Shown: positions 22,018-32,440 of the stretch, in pieces
Numbering within the stretch: the first letter of the stretch is position 1
Layout: the number at the start of each line of letters is the position of its first letter
Origin: Clostridiales bacterium
Lineage (GTDB): Bacteria > Bacillota > Dehalobacteriia > UBA7702
NCBI GenBank assembly: GCA_040766505.1
Contig: JAXGQJ010000006.1
Location: 35,308-99,307, forward strand
DNA: 64,000 nucleotides
Direction of reading: 5' to 3'
Position numbers and translations under genes: made by a program
Notes under the pieces: generated by a model
Seen by the model: the letters and a program-made list of their open reading frames with translations, nothing else
What the model was told of the DNA's origin: nothing
Databases searched by the model: none

Positions 22018-22494
22018 GTGGACGATTTGGAGGAAATCGCGATCGCGGTAAAAAAGAGAGCGGCGCAATTGGCGCCGGCCATGGCCAGAGAAGCCCGTAT
22101 GCTGCGAAAAAGGTGGCCCAAGCTCGATTTCCACGAAGCGGAGGAGGGCCCGTACCATTTTTTTATTTTTTCTTTGCCCTCCGATGAAATGCCGCTGCTG
22201 AAACACGTTTTTTCCTCTCTGTCCGCCGTGATGACCGATCATATCATCACCAAATGCCAGGAAGACATCGTCGCCCGTTTGATTGAAGAGCAATTTTATT
22301 TTTTGGAACCGGACATCAAGATCCAGCTCTATGCCGAATTCCCCCAAAGCGCCGGGGAAACCGATGGAAAATGCCGCCGCCTGGTCTTTTTTTCGCTGCT
22401 GCACCATTTCTTTAGCGAAGGCGATCTGAATTTGGAGGGCTTCATCAATTTTCGCCTGCGTGAATATTGGGAAGAATTAAGCCAAACCCTTTAG
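22018..22494 (+). CDS. YtxC-like sporulation protein (short; probably continues by frameshift)
   Basis: LNLEGFINFRLREYWEEL resembles the YtxC family core. Confidence 0.6.
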   Translation: MDDLEEIAIAVKKRAAQLAPAMAREARMLRKRWPKLDFHEAEEGPYHFFIFSLPSDEMPLLKHVFSSLSAVMTDHIITKCQEDIVARLIEEQFYFLEPDIKIQLYAEFPQSAGETDGKCRRLVFFSLLHHFFSEGDLNLEGFINFRLREYWEELSQTL

Positions 22495-22688
22495 ACCGGA
22501 TTCACGCGCTTTTATTTGCCGAGGACCAAGCGGAAATTGTACAATTGCTGCGGCGCATTCTTGCTATTGGAAAAAATGCGTTTAATCAAAGGCGGAATCG
22601 AATAGCCGCAAAATTTTTCTTCTATTTTGGTTGCGGATGGGGTATAATGCATGTATGGGAAGAATTCCCGGATTTGGAGGTGGAAAGC

Positions 22689-23090
22689 ATGGGTTTCTTT
22701 GACGATTTGGGGAAACAAGCCGCCAAACTGGCCAATACCGCTGCAAGCAAAAGTGCGGAAATGATCGAAATCAGCAAGATGAAGCTGGCGGTCAAAAACG
22801 AGGAAAATAAAATCGACGAACTCTATCTGGAGATCGGCGCCGCCATCTACAACCGTTGCAGCATCGACGGGGATGTTCCCGACGATGTGAAGGATTTTTG
22901 CATCGAAGTGTACAATCGCAAACAGACCATTGAGGAGCTGAATGCCAAAATCCAGCATCTAAAGAAAAGGGACGCGGAGAACAACGGAGACGATTGGCAA
23001 ACGGTGACCCCTGAGGCGGCGCCGGCTGCCGAGGAAGAACCGAAAAACCGCACGGAATTCACGATATCCATTAAAAAAGAGGAAGAATAA
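22689..23090 (+). CDS. Conserved hypothetical coiled-coil protein
   Basis: GGAGG RBS; MGFFDDLGK..KSAEMIEISKMKL..IDELYLEIG..IY; TATAAT upstream at about 22643. Confidence 0.75.
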   Translation: MGFFDDLGKQAAKLANTAASKSAEMIEISKMKLAVKNEENKIDELYLEIGAAIYNRCSIDGDVPDDVKDFCIEVYNRKQTIEELNAKIQHLKKRDAENNGDDWQTVTPEAAPAAEEEPKNRTEFTISIKKEEE

Positions 23091-23210
23091 AGCAAAAACA
23101 GCAAAGACCCAAAAAGACCAATAAAAGCCAAGCATCGCTTCGGTTTCTTCATTTAAAACCCCGGATCCCCTGTACATTGCCGTACATCGGGTTCTGGGGT
23201 TTTTTGCGCT

Positions 23211-23915
23211 TTATTGGCCCATTGCATTGAGCTGGTCTTTGATTTCCTCCGCCACCTTTTGCCGCTCTTCGCCAAACGGAACGCCATCCCGAAATGAAAC
23301 CGCCTTTCCGATATGGACGGTACGCCGCCCCTGGTGGCAATAAAGGGGAATAAAGATGACGTGTTCGCCGGTTTTTCTATGGTAATATTTCTCTAAATTG
23401 AGGAAGCCGAGATAGATCTCCTTCACTTCCGGCGCGCCGTCGGTATAATCCACATCCGGTGAGATCAAAAGGCTTTCACCGCGGCAAAGGGCGTCCACCG
23501 ACAGTTGAATTGTATCAAAAATCGTGCGCCGGCCACGAAAAACGGGGATTGCGCCGCCGCTTTTTAAAAGCAGCGTTACCAAAGGAGCGACGATGGCCGC
23601 CGCAAGTTTTGCCCTATTTTTGCCCCAGTTGAGCCGTTTTGTGAAGGTGTAAAGATAGAACTGCCGGAAACAGCTGCCCCGTTCCAGAAAAACATGCAGC
23701 GCCCAGATGCGCAAAGGCGCCGGAAACCAGGCCATTGCGACCATCGGCCCGTATAAGTTCTGGTGGTGGGTGACATAGATGACGCGGGGCTGGATATTCT
23801 CTTCTCCCTTTAGGGTCTGTTTGCCGCTAAAAAGCCGGAAAATACGGCGGCAAAAACGAAAAAACTTGCCGTACTGGAACATGTCGCTTATTATCTCCTC
23901 ATCGTTACCATCCAT
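23211..23915 (-). CDS. Phospholipid/glycerol acyltransferase family protein (PlsC-like)
   Basis: IYVTHHQNLYGP, AIPVFRG, LLISPD motifs. Confidence 0.75.
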   Translation of the reverse strand: MDGNDEEIISDMFQYGKFFRFCRRIFRLFSGKQTLKGEENIQPRVIYVTHHQNLYGPMVAMAWFPAPLRIWALHVFLERGSCFRQFYLYTFTKRLNWGKNRAKLAAAIVAPLVTLLLKSGGAIPVFRGRRTIFDTIQLSVDALCRGESLLISPDVDYTDGAPEVKEIYLGFLNLEKYYHRKTGEHVIFIPLYCHQGRRTVHIGKAVSFRDGVPFGEERQKVAEEIKDQLNAMGQ

Positions 23916-24257
23916 TATATGATATATTTTCTTTTGCCGCAAGTTGTGACGAAAAGCCGCCGAAAACGAAAATATAGCCGCCGAAAGGCCGGGACAAAAA
24001 ATTGAACATGTGGGCGGGGGTTTGCGCGCCATAAGTCACAAATGGATATTGTGCAAATCATCAAAAGAAAATCCTAAATGCTTCATACGGCGCAAAACAA
24101 GATATGACCAGCTAAAGCGCGATCATCGTTTTAGGCCATCTAAATGAAAGCAGAAAAGTCCAAAAATAGGATAAATCTTCTATGGAGTAACTACAGTATT
24201 TTGCTAAAATGATGATAAGCAATTTTTCACGCTTTGCTTGACAGGGGAGGGTACTCG

Positions 24258-25186
24258 ATGATCAAGATGGATGTGATTTCCGGATTCTTAGACGCCGGCA
24301 AGACAACGCTGATCAAAGATATTTGGCGGCCTTGTCAAAAACCGGTGAAAGGTTGTTGTCATTGAAAACGATTTCGGCAGCATCGGCATTGACAAAAGGG
24401 TACTGGCTTCCGGTTCGCTGGAGGTGGTGGAAATCAACCACGGTTGCCTCTGTTGCAGCTTGCGGGGAATTTTGTTTCCGCTTTGAAAGAGATTGCCGAG
24501 AGAACCGGGGCGGATCGCGTGGTCATTGAGCCCTCGGTATCTTTATCCTCAGTGAAATTTTCGATTTCTTTACCTTTCCTTCGGTGGAGGAGTATTATAT
24601 TTTGAACCGCCTGATTGCCGTTGTGGATGCCGTTCATTTTGAGGAGGAAAAACAAAAGTTTGGCCTCTTTTCACCAATCAGCTGGAAGCGGCCCAGGCCC
24701 TGGTTCTCAGCAAGACCGACCGGGTGGCGGAGGAAAAGCTCCTCGCCATTTTAGACGAATTGAGCGGTGCATATCCCGGCCGGGAGATCTTGGCCCGATT
24801 GGGATACTCTGGCGGATGAGGACATCTTCAGCCTTTTCCGAACCGGCTGGCGGGAACATTCGGCGGACGCGCACCGGGCGAAGGCCAAAAAATGGGCCCG
24901 GGATGTGAAGAGGGAGCGGGGCCTGCACGGCTTTGCCAGTTGCTCCTTTCGCCCCACCGGCGTCTACAGCGAAGCGGAATTGGAGCAGCGCTTGAAAAAC
25001 TTGCCGCAAATGGGCGACATCTTACGGGCCAAGGGCTTTCTTTTTGGCGGCGACGGGCAATGGGAGTTCCAGTATGTCAATGGCCTATACCAGATCGAGG
25101 CCCGGCCGGGCGCCACTGCGGAACCGGCGGTTTGTTTCATCGGCCGCGACCTTGGCAAGGAGGCGCTGGAGGCCGCGTTTGCATAA
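24258..25186 (+). CDS. COG0523 / CobW-P47K metallochaperone GTPase (multiple frameshifts)
   Basis: MIKMDVISGFLDAGKTTLI, HGCLCCSLRG (CxCC), IEPS, C-terminal LRAKGF...VCFIGRDL. Confidence 0.85.
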
Positions 25187-25499
25187 GTTTGCGGGGGCAG
25201 GGCGGCCCTGCCCGGCAATAAAAAATATACCGGCGCTTTTGGCGCCGGGCAGCAAAAACAGGAAGGGAAGGAGGATTGTTTCAAATTTCTCCGCAATGGA
25301 AAAAATTGGCTGGTCCCCGATTCACCATTGTGAGAAAAGCCAAGTTTTACAGCGGTTTAGAATCAAACCGCCCATCCTTTTCCAGCCTCCTTGCCCTATC
25401 CTGTTGTTTTTAGTATATGGGTTTATTGGCTGGCTGGCAAGGATAATTTTTAGAAGGTTCGAAAAGTTTGACAGAGAAAAAGAGTAGGGAGGTTTTCTC

Positions 25500-26885
25500 A
25501 TGACGAGACAAATTTTTAACAAATTGGCCTATACCAGCCTGAACGATTTTGTTTTCGGTAAATCGAAAAAGCCTGTCGCAATGAAAAACGGTATGGTCAT
25601 CGGCGGCGGCGCTGTTTATCCGGAACTGAATATGACATTGCCGATGATGACGATCAAGGAAGAAATGATGCCCAAGGTTCTAAAGCAATACCGGGAGATG
25701 GTCACCGGCGCTTGTGAAAAAGCCGTGGAATTGGAAGCCCCCGGCATCGTTATAGAAATCGAGCTGCTTCCCCCCTGCACCATGGTGCCCAAATGGGGCG
25801 TCGACGTCAACCGCGCCGTTGCCGAAGTGCTGAAAGAGTTTGAAGCGAGGGAGGGCTTGAAAAGCCTGCTCCGGATTACCCCGGTCGACATCCGCGAAGG
25901 GGACGATCTGGTACATATGTTCCACGGCTCCCATTGGGATCGCGTCATGGAATGCTTCCAGGGCAGCGCCGAGGCGGCGAAGGACATTGCCCTCCTTTCC
26001 ATCGAAAGCATCGGCGGCAAGCACCTGCACGACGATGCCTTAATGATGTGTGACCTGCCGAAGATTCTCTTCTCCCTCGCCGTGGTCGCCTGCAAGGATA
26101 TGGGCGTTTTGTGGGAGGGCATTGTCGATATCGCCAACCAAACCGGCGCCGTTCCCGCCGGCGATACCGCCTGCGGTTTTGCCAATACCGCCATGGTGCT
26201 GGCGAACCGGAATCTGATCCCGAGAACCTTTGCCGCCGTCGATCGGGTGATGAACGCCGTTCGGACGATGGTGGCCATCGAATGCGGTGCCACCGGCCCC
26301 GACAAGGATTGCGGCTATGAAGGCGTCTATATGAAGGCCATCACCGGTACGCCGATTTCTATGGAAGGCCGCACCAGTGCCTGCGCCCATTCGGCCACCG
26401 TCGGCAATATTGTCGGCGCCGTTTGCGACCTCTGGAGCAATGAGAGTGTGGAAAATGTCCGGCTTTTGGGCGGCATGGCGCCGACGGTTTATATGGAACA
26501 GCTGATTTACGACTGCCGCATGATGAACGCCGCCACCGAGATGGGACAGGCAGCGACGCTACGGGACATCTTTGTTAAATCCGACCGGCAGCTGGATCCC
26601 CATGCCCATATCATGGATCCGAAAGTGGTGCTGGAGATTGCCGCCGAAATCGTCAAAGGCAAGGACCACTATGAACGGATAATGCTGGCGGCCAGGGCCA
26701 CCATCGCTTCATTGCGCAAAGCCTACCAGGCGAAGGAGTTGAATCTGTCGGGGCGGGATGCCAAGTACCTCGATCTGATGGACGCCCAGTTGGATGCGAT
26801 TCCCAATGACCGGGAAGCCTTCATCGACGGCATGATCAAAAACAATACCACGGTGAAATTCGACCCCAAGGTCTATGATCTGTAA
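25500..26885 (+). CDS. mtaB: Methanol:corrinoid methyltransferase MtaB family (MT1)
   Basis: LAY..LNDFVFG..IGGG.VYPELN; SIESIGGK, GDTACGFANTAM, GPDKDCGYE (Zn ligands), WSNESV. Confidence 0.9.
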   Translation: MTRQIFNKLAYTSLNDFVFGKSKKPVAMKNGMVIGGGAVYPELNMTLPMMTIKEEMMPKVLKQYREMVTGACEKAVELEAPGIVIEIELLPPCTMVPKWGVDVNRAVAEVLKEFEAREGLKSLLRITPVDIREGDDLVHMFHGSHWDRVMECFQGSAEAAKDIALLSIESIGGKHLHDDALMMCDLPKILFSLAVVACKDMGVLWEGIVDIANQTGAVPAGDTACGFANTAMVLANRNLIPRTFAAVDRVMNAVRTMVAIECGATGPDKDCGYEGVYMKAITGTPISMEGRTSACAHSATVGNIVGAVCDLWSNESVENVRLLGGMAPTVYMEQLIYDCRMMNAATEMGQAATLRDIFVKSDRQLDPHAHIMDPKVVLEIAAEIVKGKDHYERIMLAARATIASLRKAYQAKELNLSGRDAKYLDLMDAQLDAIPNDREAFIDGMIKNNTTVKFDPKVYDL

Positions 26886-27223
26886 TTTCGTTTGTATTTG
26901 GCAGGCGCCCGCTGTGAAGCCTCCTACCGCGCTATAGGCCGGCAGGCTTCGGGACAGGGCCGGGAGCCGGGCGGCCACAGGGCCGCAGGTAAGAACGGCA
27001 TATAGACGTAGAAGAAAGCCTGCGGCTGGGGGCCGACGGCGCCAGCGCTTGTTTGCCGACGGCTTGGGGGGTAAAGGAATTTCCTTTACCCCCGACGGCC
27101 CCAAGCGATCAAAAGCGAACCCTGCCCTGAATGCGGTTTTGCGTTCAGGTTTTTGCGCATGGCGGAAGTTGGAGGGAAATTCGTTGCCATACCCTGTTCA
27201 CCATCGAGATATAGAAACGGTAC

Positions 27224-27252
27224 TTGAAGAATGAATGTAAAAGGCATACAAT
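27224..27252 (+). promoter_or_regulatory. Candidate sigma-A promoter of the PocR regulator
   Basis: TTGAAG-17 nt-TACAAT. Confidence 0.5.
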
Positions 27253-27292
27253 GGGGTTGTTCAACCCGCTTATGTGTGGAGAGGGGGATTTT

Positions 27293-28606
27293 ATGCAAAA
27301 TCAGGAGAACCATTGGCTTGACGATGCGCCGGAAAGGGTCTTTTTGGAAAAGATCCTTTGTTCCTTTTCAAAATTCAGCGGTTTGAAAGCGCAGTTGGTG
27401 GATACCGAGGGCAATACGTTGATGAGCACGGAAAATGAGGTGCCGGACTGTACCTTCTGCCAATTGATCAAAGAAAGTGAGACGGGCAGGCAGAAATGTC
27501 GGCGTTCCTATGCCCGGGCCGGGCAGGAAGCGGCGAAATACGGGGAGCCTTATATCTTTCGCTGCCATGCGGGTCTGATCGCCTGGGCGGCGCCGATTTT
27601 GCTCAACCAGCACGAGGGCGCGGTCATTTGCGGCCAGGTGCTGATGTGGGAACCGGAGGATTATTTCCTTGATGAAATCGGCATGATGATCAAGGGGCTT
27701 GGCGTCGACATCAACCGGGTGAAACAGGCGACGGTGCTGCTGAATGTCCTTTCCAGCGACAAAGTGCAGGCCATATCGGATCTGCTCTTTGTGATCGCCA
27801 ATCAGATCATGAACCGGGAACCTACGATCTTTGCCCAGCAGAGGGATATTTATTTGCATCAATCCTCCCTTTCCGAAGAGATCCGCCAGCTGAAATTGGA
27901 AGAAAAGACGAAGCGTTTGGCCCAGATGGAGTATTCCCCCGAAAAGGAACAGCAGCTTCTGGCGAAAATCCGCTGCGGCGAAAAGGATTCCGCCGAGCGC
28001 ATTCTGGACAATATGTTGATCCAGATCATCAACCGCAATGTGGGCAATCTCGGCAATGTGAAAATCCGCATTGTGGAATTGCTTGTGATGATCTCCCGGG
28101 CCGCCATCGACGGCGGCACCGATTCCAAAAGCGCGCAAAATTTGAACGCCCGCTTCTTTGACGAGCTATATCATAAAGAAAGCCCGGAGGAAATCTGTTT
28201 GTGGACGAAAAATATGGTGGATGTTTTCATCGAAGAGGTCAATAAGGCCAAAAACACCAACAATACCCAGGCGGTATATTCCGCCGCCGAGTTTATGCAG
28301 AAAAACTATAGGGAAAAAATCGGCATCGGCGATATTGCCAATGAAGTGCATTTGAGTTCCAGTTATTTGAGCCATATTTTCAGCAAAACCATCGGCTGCA
28401 CGATGACGGACTATCTAACCAGAATCCGGCTGAACCAAGCGAAAATCATGCTGGGAAACCTCTCCCTCAATGTCGGACAGGTGGCGGCGGCTTGCGGTTT
28501 TGACGATGTCAGCTATTTTTCCCGGGTCTTTAAAAAGGCGGAGGGGATTTCCCCCAGCGAATACAAAAAGAAAGCCGTGCGCAATCAGGAGGAAGAAGAT
28601 GCATGA
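27293..28606 (+). CDS. PocR-sensor AraC-family transcriptional regulator
   Basis: CTFCQLI..C..YIFRCHAGL..AAPI..ICGQV (PocR); C-terminal LSSSYLSHIF..GFDDVSYFSRVFKK.EGISPSEY. Confidence 0.9.
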   Translation: MQNQENHWLDDAPERVFLEKILCSFSKFSGLKAQLVDTEGNTLMSTENEVPDCTFCQLIKESETGRQKCRRSYARAGQEAAKYGEPYIFRCHAGLIAWAAPILLNQHEGAVICGQVLMWEPEDYFLDEIGMMIKGLGVDINRVKQATVLLNVLSSDKVQAISDLLFVIANQIMNREPTIFAQQRDIYLHQSSLSEEIRQLKLEEKTKRLAQMEYSPEKEQQLLAKIRCGEKDSAERILDNMLIQIINRNVGNLGNVKIRIVELLVMISRAAIDGGTDSKSAQNLNARFFDELYHKESPEEICLWTKNMVDVFIEEVNKAKNTNNTQAVYSAAEFMQKNYREKIGIGDIANEVHLSSSYLSHIFSKTIGCTMTDYLTRIRLNQAKIMLGNLSLNVGQVAAACGFDDVSYFSRVFKKAEGISPSEYKKKAVRNQEEEDA

Positions 28607-29234
28607 CCAGTTGCAATGCTTAGAGGAAGTGGTTTTAATGGGCCAGGCGAATAAGACAAAAAACCTGACAAAAATTCTCCTGGCCGATGGAATTCCCGCC
28701 AAGGACGTGTTGGATTTCGGCATCCTGCCCGCTTTGCGCATCATCAGTGAACGGCTGCGCAACAATGAGGTCTACATCGCCGATGTGATCCTGGTGTCCC
28801 GGGCGGTTCATGCCGGTCTCTATGAATTGCAGCCTTTTCTGCGCCGGGGAGAAGAGCTTTTCCGTGCCAAAGCCGTGATCGGGACCGTGGCGGGAGATCT
28901 GCACGACATTGGCAAAAACCTGATCGGCACCGGCCTAGCGGGTTTGGGTTTGGAAGTGGTGGATTTGGGCGTCGATCTTTATCCCGAGGATTTTGTTCAG
29001 GCGGTGCGGGAACATCGGCCGGATCTGCTGGGCTTGTCGGCGATGCTGACCACCACCATGAATGTGATCCCGGAAATTCTTTGGGCTTTGCGCGCGGAAA
29101 ACCTCAGGGATCGGGTCAAAGTGGTCATCGGCGGCAATCCCATCACCGAGGATTTCTGTGTGGCGGTGGAGGCCGACGGTTGGAGTGAGGACATCAATGG
29201 CCTGAAAGAACTGTTGAACCGTCTATTGTTATAA
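28599..29234 (+). CDS. Corrinoid (B12)-binding protein, MtaC-like
   Basis: GTVAGDLHDIGKNL (DxHxxG), LSAMLTTTM, VVIGG; overlaps the regulator stop. Confidence 0.88.
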   Translation: MHDQLQCLEEVVLMGQANKTKNLTKILLADGIPAKDVLDFGILPALRIISERLRNNEVYIADVILVSRAVHAGLYELQPFLRRGEELFRAKAVIGTVAGDLHDIGKNLIGTGLAGLGLEVVDLGVDLYPEDFVQAVREHRPDLLGLSAMLTTTMNVIPEILWALRAENLRDRVKVVIGGNPITEDFCVAVEADGWSEDINGLKELLNRLLL

Positions 29235-29493
29235 CCGGGAACCGTCGGCGGCTTCCCGGCAACAATGCCTTTCCGGCGCTTTTAAGCGGAGAATGTGGCA
29301 AAGGCGGCTAACTCCATCCCTCTATCGTTTTAAGGCGGCAAAAGGCCGCCATTTGCCATTTTAGGGGATAGGGGCGAAACGGAGGATGGCCGAAATAAAA
29401 TTTTAAACCCGCATGGAATATACCATGCGGGTTCGGGCAGGGGAATGATGTATGAAGAAAGCGCCATAAGCGGTATCTCTGTAATGGCGGGGT

Positions 29494-30942
29494 TTATGGG
29501 CTGGATTTTTGAGAAAAGATCGCATTTGTTTTGGCCAAAAGAGGGTCGGTGCTGTCGGTAAGGTTCCGATAGACTTCGGCATTGACCGAGGCATAGATCT
29601 CCCGGTTTGCTGCGATCGGCAGGAAGTCCCGCTCCTTTTCGACCATAAGATTGGCGGCTTCGGCAAAGGTTTGATAAACCCCCACGGCTTTTGCGGCGCA
29701 GATGGCGGCGCCAAGGCTGGCGGCGCCATTGACCCTATTGCGGATTGCCGGTATGCCGAAAACATCGGCGAAGATCTGCATAAACACATCGCTGTTGGAA
29801 CCGCCGCCGGATATGATGATCTCGCGCAATGGCAGGTTCAGTTCGGCGCACATTGCGTCCATGCGGTTTTTCATGGTCATGGCGATGGCTTCCATCAGGG
29901 AGCGGAAGATATGCCCCGCTTGGTGGCGACCATCAAACCCCAGCATGATGCCGCGCTGATAGGGCTTGTCCGGTCTTGCCAGCCATTCCGGTACTGTGAG
30001 CAGGCCCTCGCTTCCGGCGGGAACCTCCGCCGCCAGGCGGTTGAGATAGGCGATGGCGTCGGCGCCCATTTCCCGGCCCCGTTTTTCCGCTTCGTCCCCC
30101 AAAAGATCCTTGAACCAACTGATCAGCCACATGCCCCGCCGAATGCCGCCGCTTTCATGGAGATAGCGCCGGGGCATACCGGCGAAATTGGTCCAAAAGC
30201 TTTGGCTGTCTTTGGGATTGTCCTTGCCGTCGACCATGCCGCAGATATAGGTTCCCAGTGAAATCAGGGCCTTGCCCGGGCCGACCAGGCCGGAGCCGAG
30301 GGCTTCCACCGCTTTGTCATTGGCGGTGGCGACGACGGGCAAACCGGCGGGCAACCCCAAAGCTTCGGCGGCTTCCGGTACCAGCCCGCCGGTGATTTCC
30401 CCCGGCATCACCAGGTCAAACAGCATGGAGCGGGGCAGATTGTAGTGGGCGAAAACCGCGTCCTCCCGGCTCCATTCCCAGGCATCGGTGTCGATGGGCC
30501 ATTGGCCCTGGTAATTGGCGACGGTATCTAGGTTTTCCCCGGTCAGTCGCTTGGTCAGATAGCCGTTGGCCGAGACGACATAGGCGGTAGCGGCATTCGT
30601 ATGTTCATAGGGGCGGGCAACCCTTTCGTCCATCCAGTTGATGACCGGGGCCGCCAGGCGCCCGTCCTTTTGCAGCAGGCAACGGCAATAGCGGATGCTG
30701 CATAGGCCGATGGCCAGAATCTCATTGGGATCGCCGTTAAAGCGTTCCAAGGTTTCCCGGCAAGCGCAAACCAGCGAATCCCAAAGGTCATCGCCGGGAT
30801 GTTCCACAATCCCCGGTTCCGCCAGGTGCAAAGGACGCAGCGGAACGGAGGCCGCCGCCGCCACGCCGCCCCGCGGATCAAAAATGGTGACTTTCGTACT
30901 CTGGGAGCCGCCGTCAATGGCCAGCAGGTAATGGTGTTCCAC
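29494..30942 (-). CDS. FGGY-family carbohydrate kinase, YgcE-like
   Basis: LAIDGGSQSTK, WMDER, ATANDKAVEALG, SLGTY, ISGGGSNS. Confidence 0.88.
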   Translation of the reverse strand: MEHHYLLAIDGGSQSTKVTIFDPRGGVAAAASVPLRPLHLAEPGIVEHPGDDLWDSLVCACRETLERFNGDPNEILAIGLCSIRYCRCLLQKDGRLAAPVINWMDERVARPYEHTNAATAYVVSANGYLTKRLTGENLDTVANYQGQWPIDTDAWEWSREDAVFAHYNLPRSMLFDLVMPGEITGGLVPEAAEALGLPAGLPVVATANDKAVEALGSGLVGPGKALISLGTYICGMVDGKDNPKDSQSFWTNFAGMPRRYLHESGGIRRGMWLISWFKDLLGDEAEKRGREMGADAIAYLNRLAAEVPAGSEGLLTVPEWLARPDKPYQRGIMLGFDGRHQAGHIFRSLMEAIAMTMKNRMDAMCAELNLPLREIIISGGGSNSDVFMQIFADVFGIPAIRNRVNGAASLGAAICAAKAVGVYQTFAEAANLMVEKERDFLPIAANREIYASVNAEVYRNLTDSTDPLLAKTNAIFSQKSSP

Positions 30943-30970
30943 AGCGCTGTTGTCCTCGTTCGCTTTCCGT

Positions 30971-32440
30971 TTATTTCTGTTGCTCTTTTAAGGGGAAAAT
31001 CGTGCCCGGGTTCATGATGCCATTGGGATCGAAGGTGTCTTTCAAACCTTGCAGCAGTGGATAGGAGCTGCCATATTCCTCTTGGATCCAATGGGTGCGG
31101 TGTTTGCCCACACCGTGGTGGTGGCACATGGAACCGCCCCGCTTCAATGTTTCCTCAACGATGATTTTATTGATCGGATTGTGGTATTTGTTGATTTCTT
31201 CCTCCGGCGCGCAATCGACAACGTCATAATAATACATAAAATAGACATTGGTGCCATTGATATAGCAGTGGGAGGAATGGCCGCCGATCAAGGTGATGTC
31301 GGGTATCTCCGCCCGAACCCGGTCTACGCAGACCTCATAAATATTGCAAATTTCGCTCCAATTCGCGGAAATTTCCGTGGTGAAGCCGACATTTTTGGTG
31401 GCTTTAATTTCCTCTCTCTCCTCCTCAACCTTGGAGGTATCCCAGTTTAGCTTCGCATACCAATCTTCGATCAGCTTCTTGTCCACCCTTTTATAGGTTG
31501 GATATTCGGCGACGATCTCTTCGATGGCGCTTCCCGTCGCCTCGGCAATGCCTTTCGGCCCTTCCACCATAAAGATCAGCACCGGTTTTCCCTCACAAAA
31601 GTGCTTAAAATAATAGGCCCCGTCCTCAAAATCATAGAGCCGGGCAAAGGAAGGCTTATACCCTTCCGCCATCACCCGGCGCTGGATCTCGAAACCGGTG
31701 CGCATATCCTCCAACAGCCAACTGTAAAAGCGGTTGTTTTCCGGCATATATTTAAAAATTTTCACCGTAACTTCGGAGATAAAGCAGAGGGCCCCCTCGC
31801 TGCCGATGATGATATGGCGGATATCGGGCCCCGCCGCCCGGCGCGGCACATTTTTGATGCGGCGGATTTCCCCGTTGGGGAACACCGCTTCCAGGCCGAC
31901 GACCATATCTTCGATGCCGCCATAAAGTGTGGAAAACTGACCGGTGCTGCGGGTCGCCACCAGGCCCCCCATCTGGGTCAGCGGTTTCGATTGGGGGGAA
32001 TGCCCCGTCGTGTAGCCCATAGCCCTAAGCTGGGTTTCCAATGTTTCCAGCACCACGCCGCATTCCGCCGTCACCTGCATATTATAGGTGTCTATGTCGA
32101 GAATGCGATCCATCAGAGAACCGTCGACCACCACCGTATTGGGGCAGACCGTTTCCAAGCCGCCCTCAATGGAAGAACCGCCGGTTCGCGGGATCACATA
32201 GACCTGATTTTCATTGCAATAGGCGAGCAATTTGCCGACTTCCGCCCCGGTTTTGACCTTGACGAGGGCGGCGGGAATCGGCTGGGTGTACACGCCGAAT
32301 ACATCGGGATATTTGCGGAACCGGTCAACGCTGTGTTCCTTCAGCGCCTCAATATCGCTGACGATTCGGTCGGCGGGAACAATCCCGGCGATATCGCGGA
32401 CAATGTCTTCCCTGTTCTTAATCATCGTCTTTTCCTCCAT
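30971..32440 (-). CDS. FAD-binding oxidoreductase, YgcU / alkyl-DHAP-synthase-like
   Basis: PRTGGSSIEGG, TGHSPQS..MGGLVATRSTGQFSTLYGGIED, PRRAAGPD, SMCHHHGVGK. Confidence 0.88.
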   Translation of the reverse strand: MEEKTMIKNREDIVRDIAGIVPADRIVSDIEALKEHSVDRFRKYPDVFGVYTQPIPAALVKVKTGAEVGKLLAYCNENQVYVIPRTGGSSIEGGLETVCPNTVVVDGSLMDRILDIDTYNMQVTAECGVVLETLETQLRAMGYTTGHSPQSKPLTQMGGLVATRSTGQFSTLYGGIEDMVVGLEAVFPNGEIRRIKNVPRRAAGPDIRHIIIGSEGALCFISEVTVKIFKYMPENNRFYSWLLEDMRTGFEIQRRVMAEGYKPSFARLYDFEDGAYYFKHFCEGKPVLIFMVEGPKGIAEATGSAIEEIVAEYPTYKRVDKKLIEDWYAKLNWDTSKVEEEREEIKATKNVGFTTEISANWSEICNIYEVCVDRVRAEIPDITLIGGHSSHCYINGTNVYFMYYYDVVDCAPEEEINKYHNPINKIIVEETLKRGGSMCHHHGVGKHRTHWIQEEYGSSYPLLQGLKDTFDPNGIMNPGTIFPLKEQQK

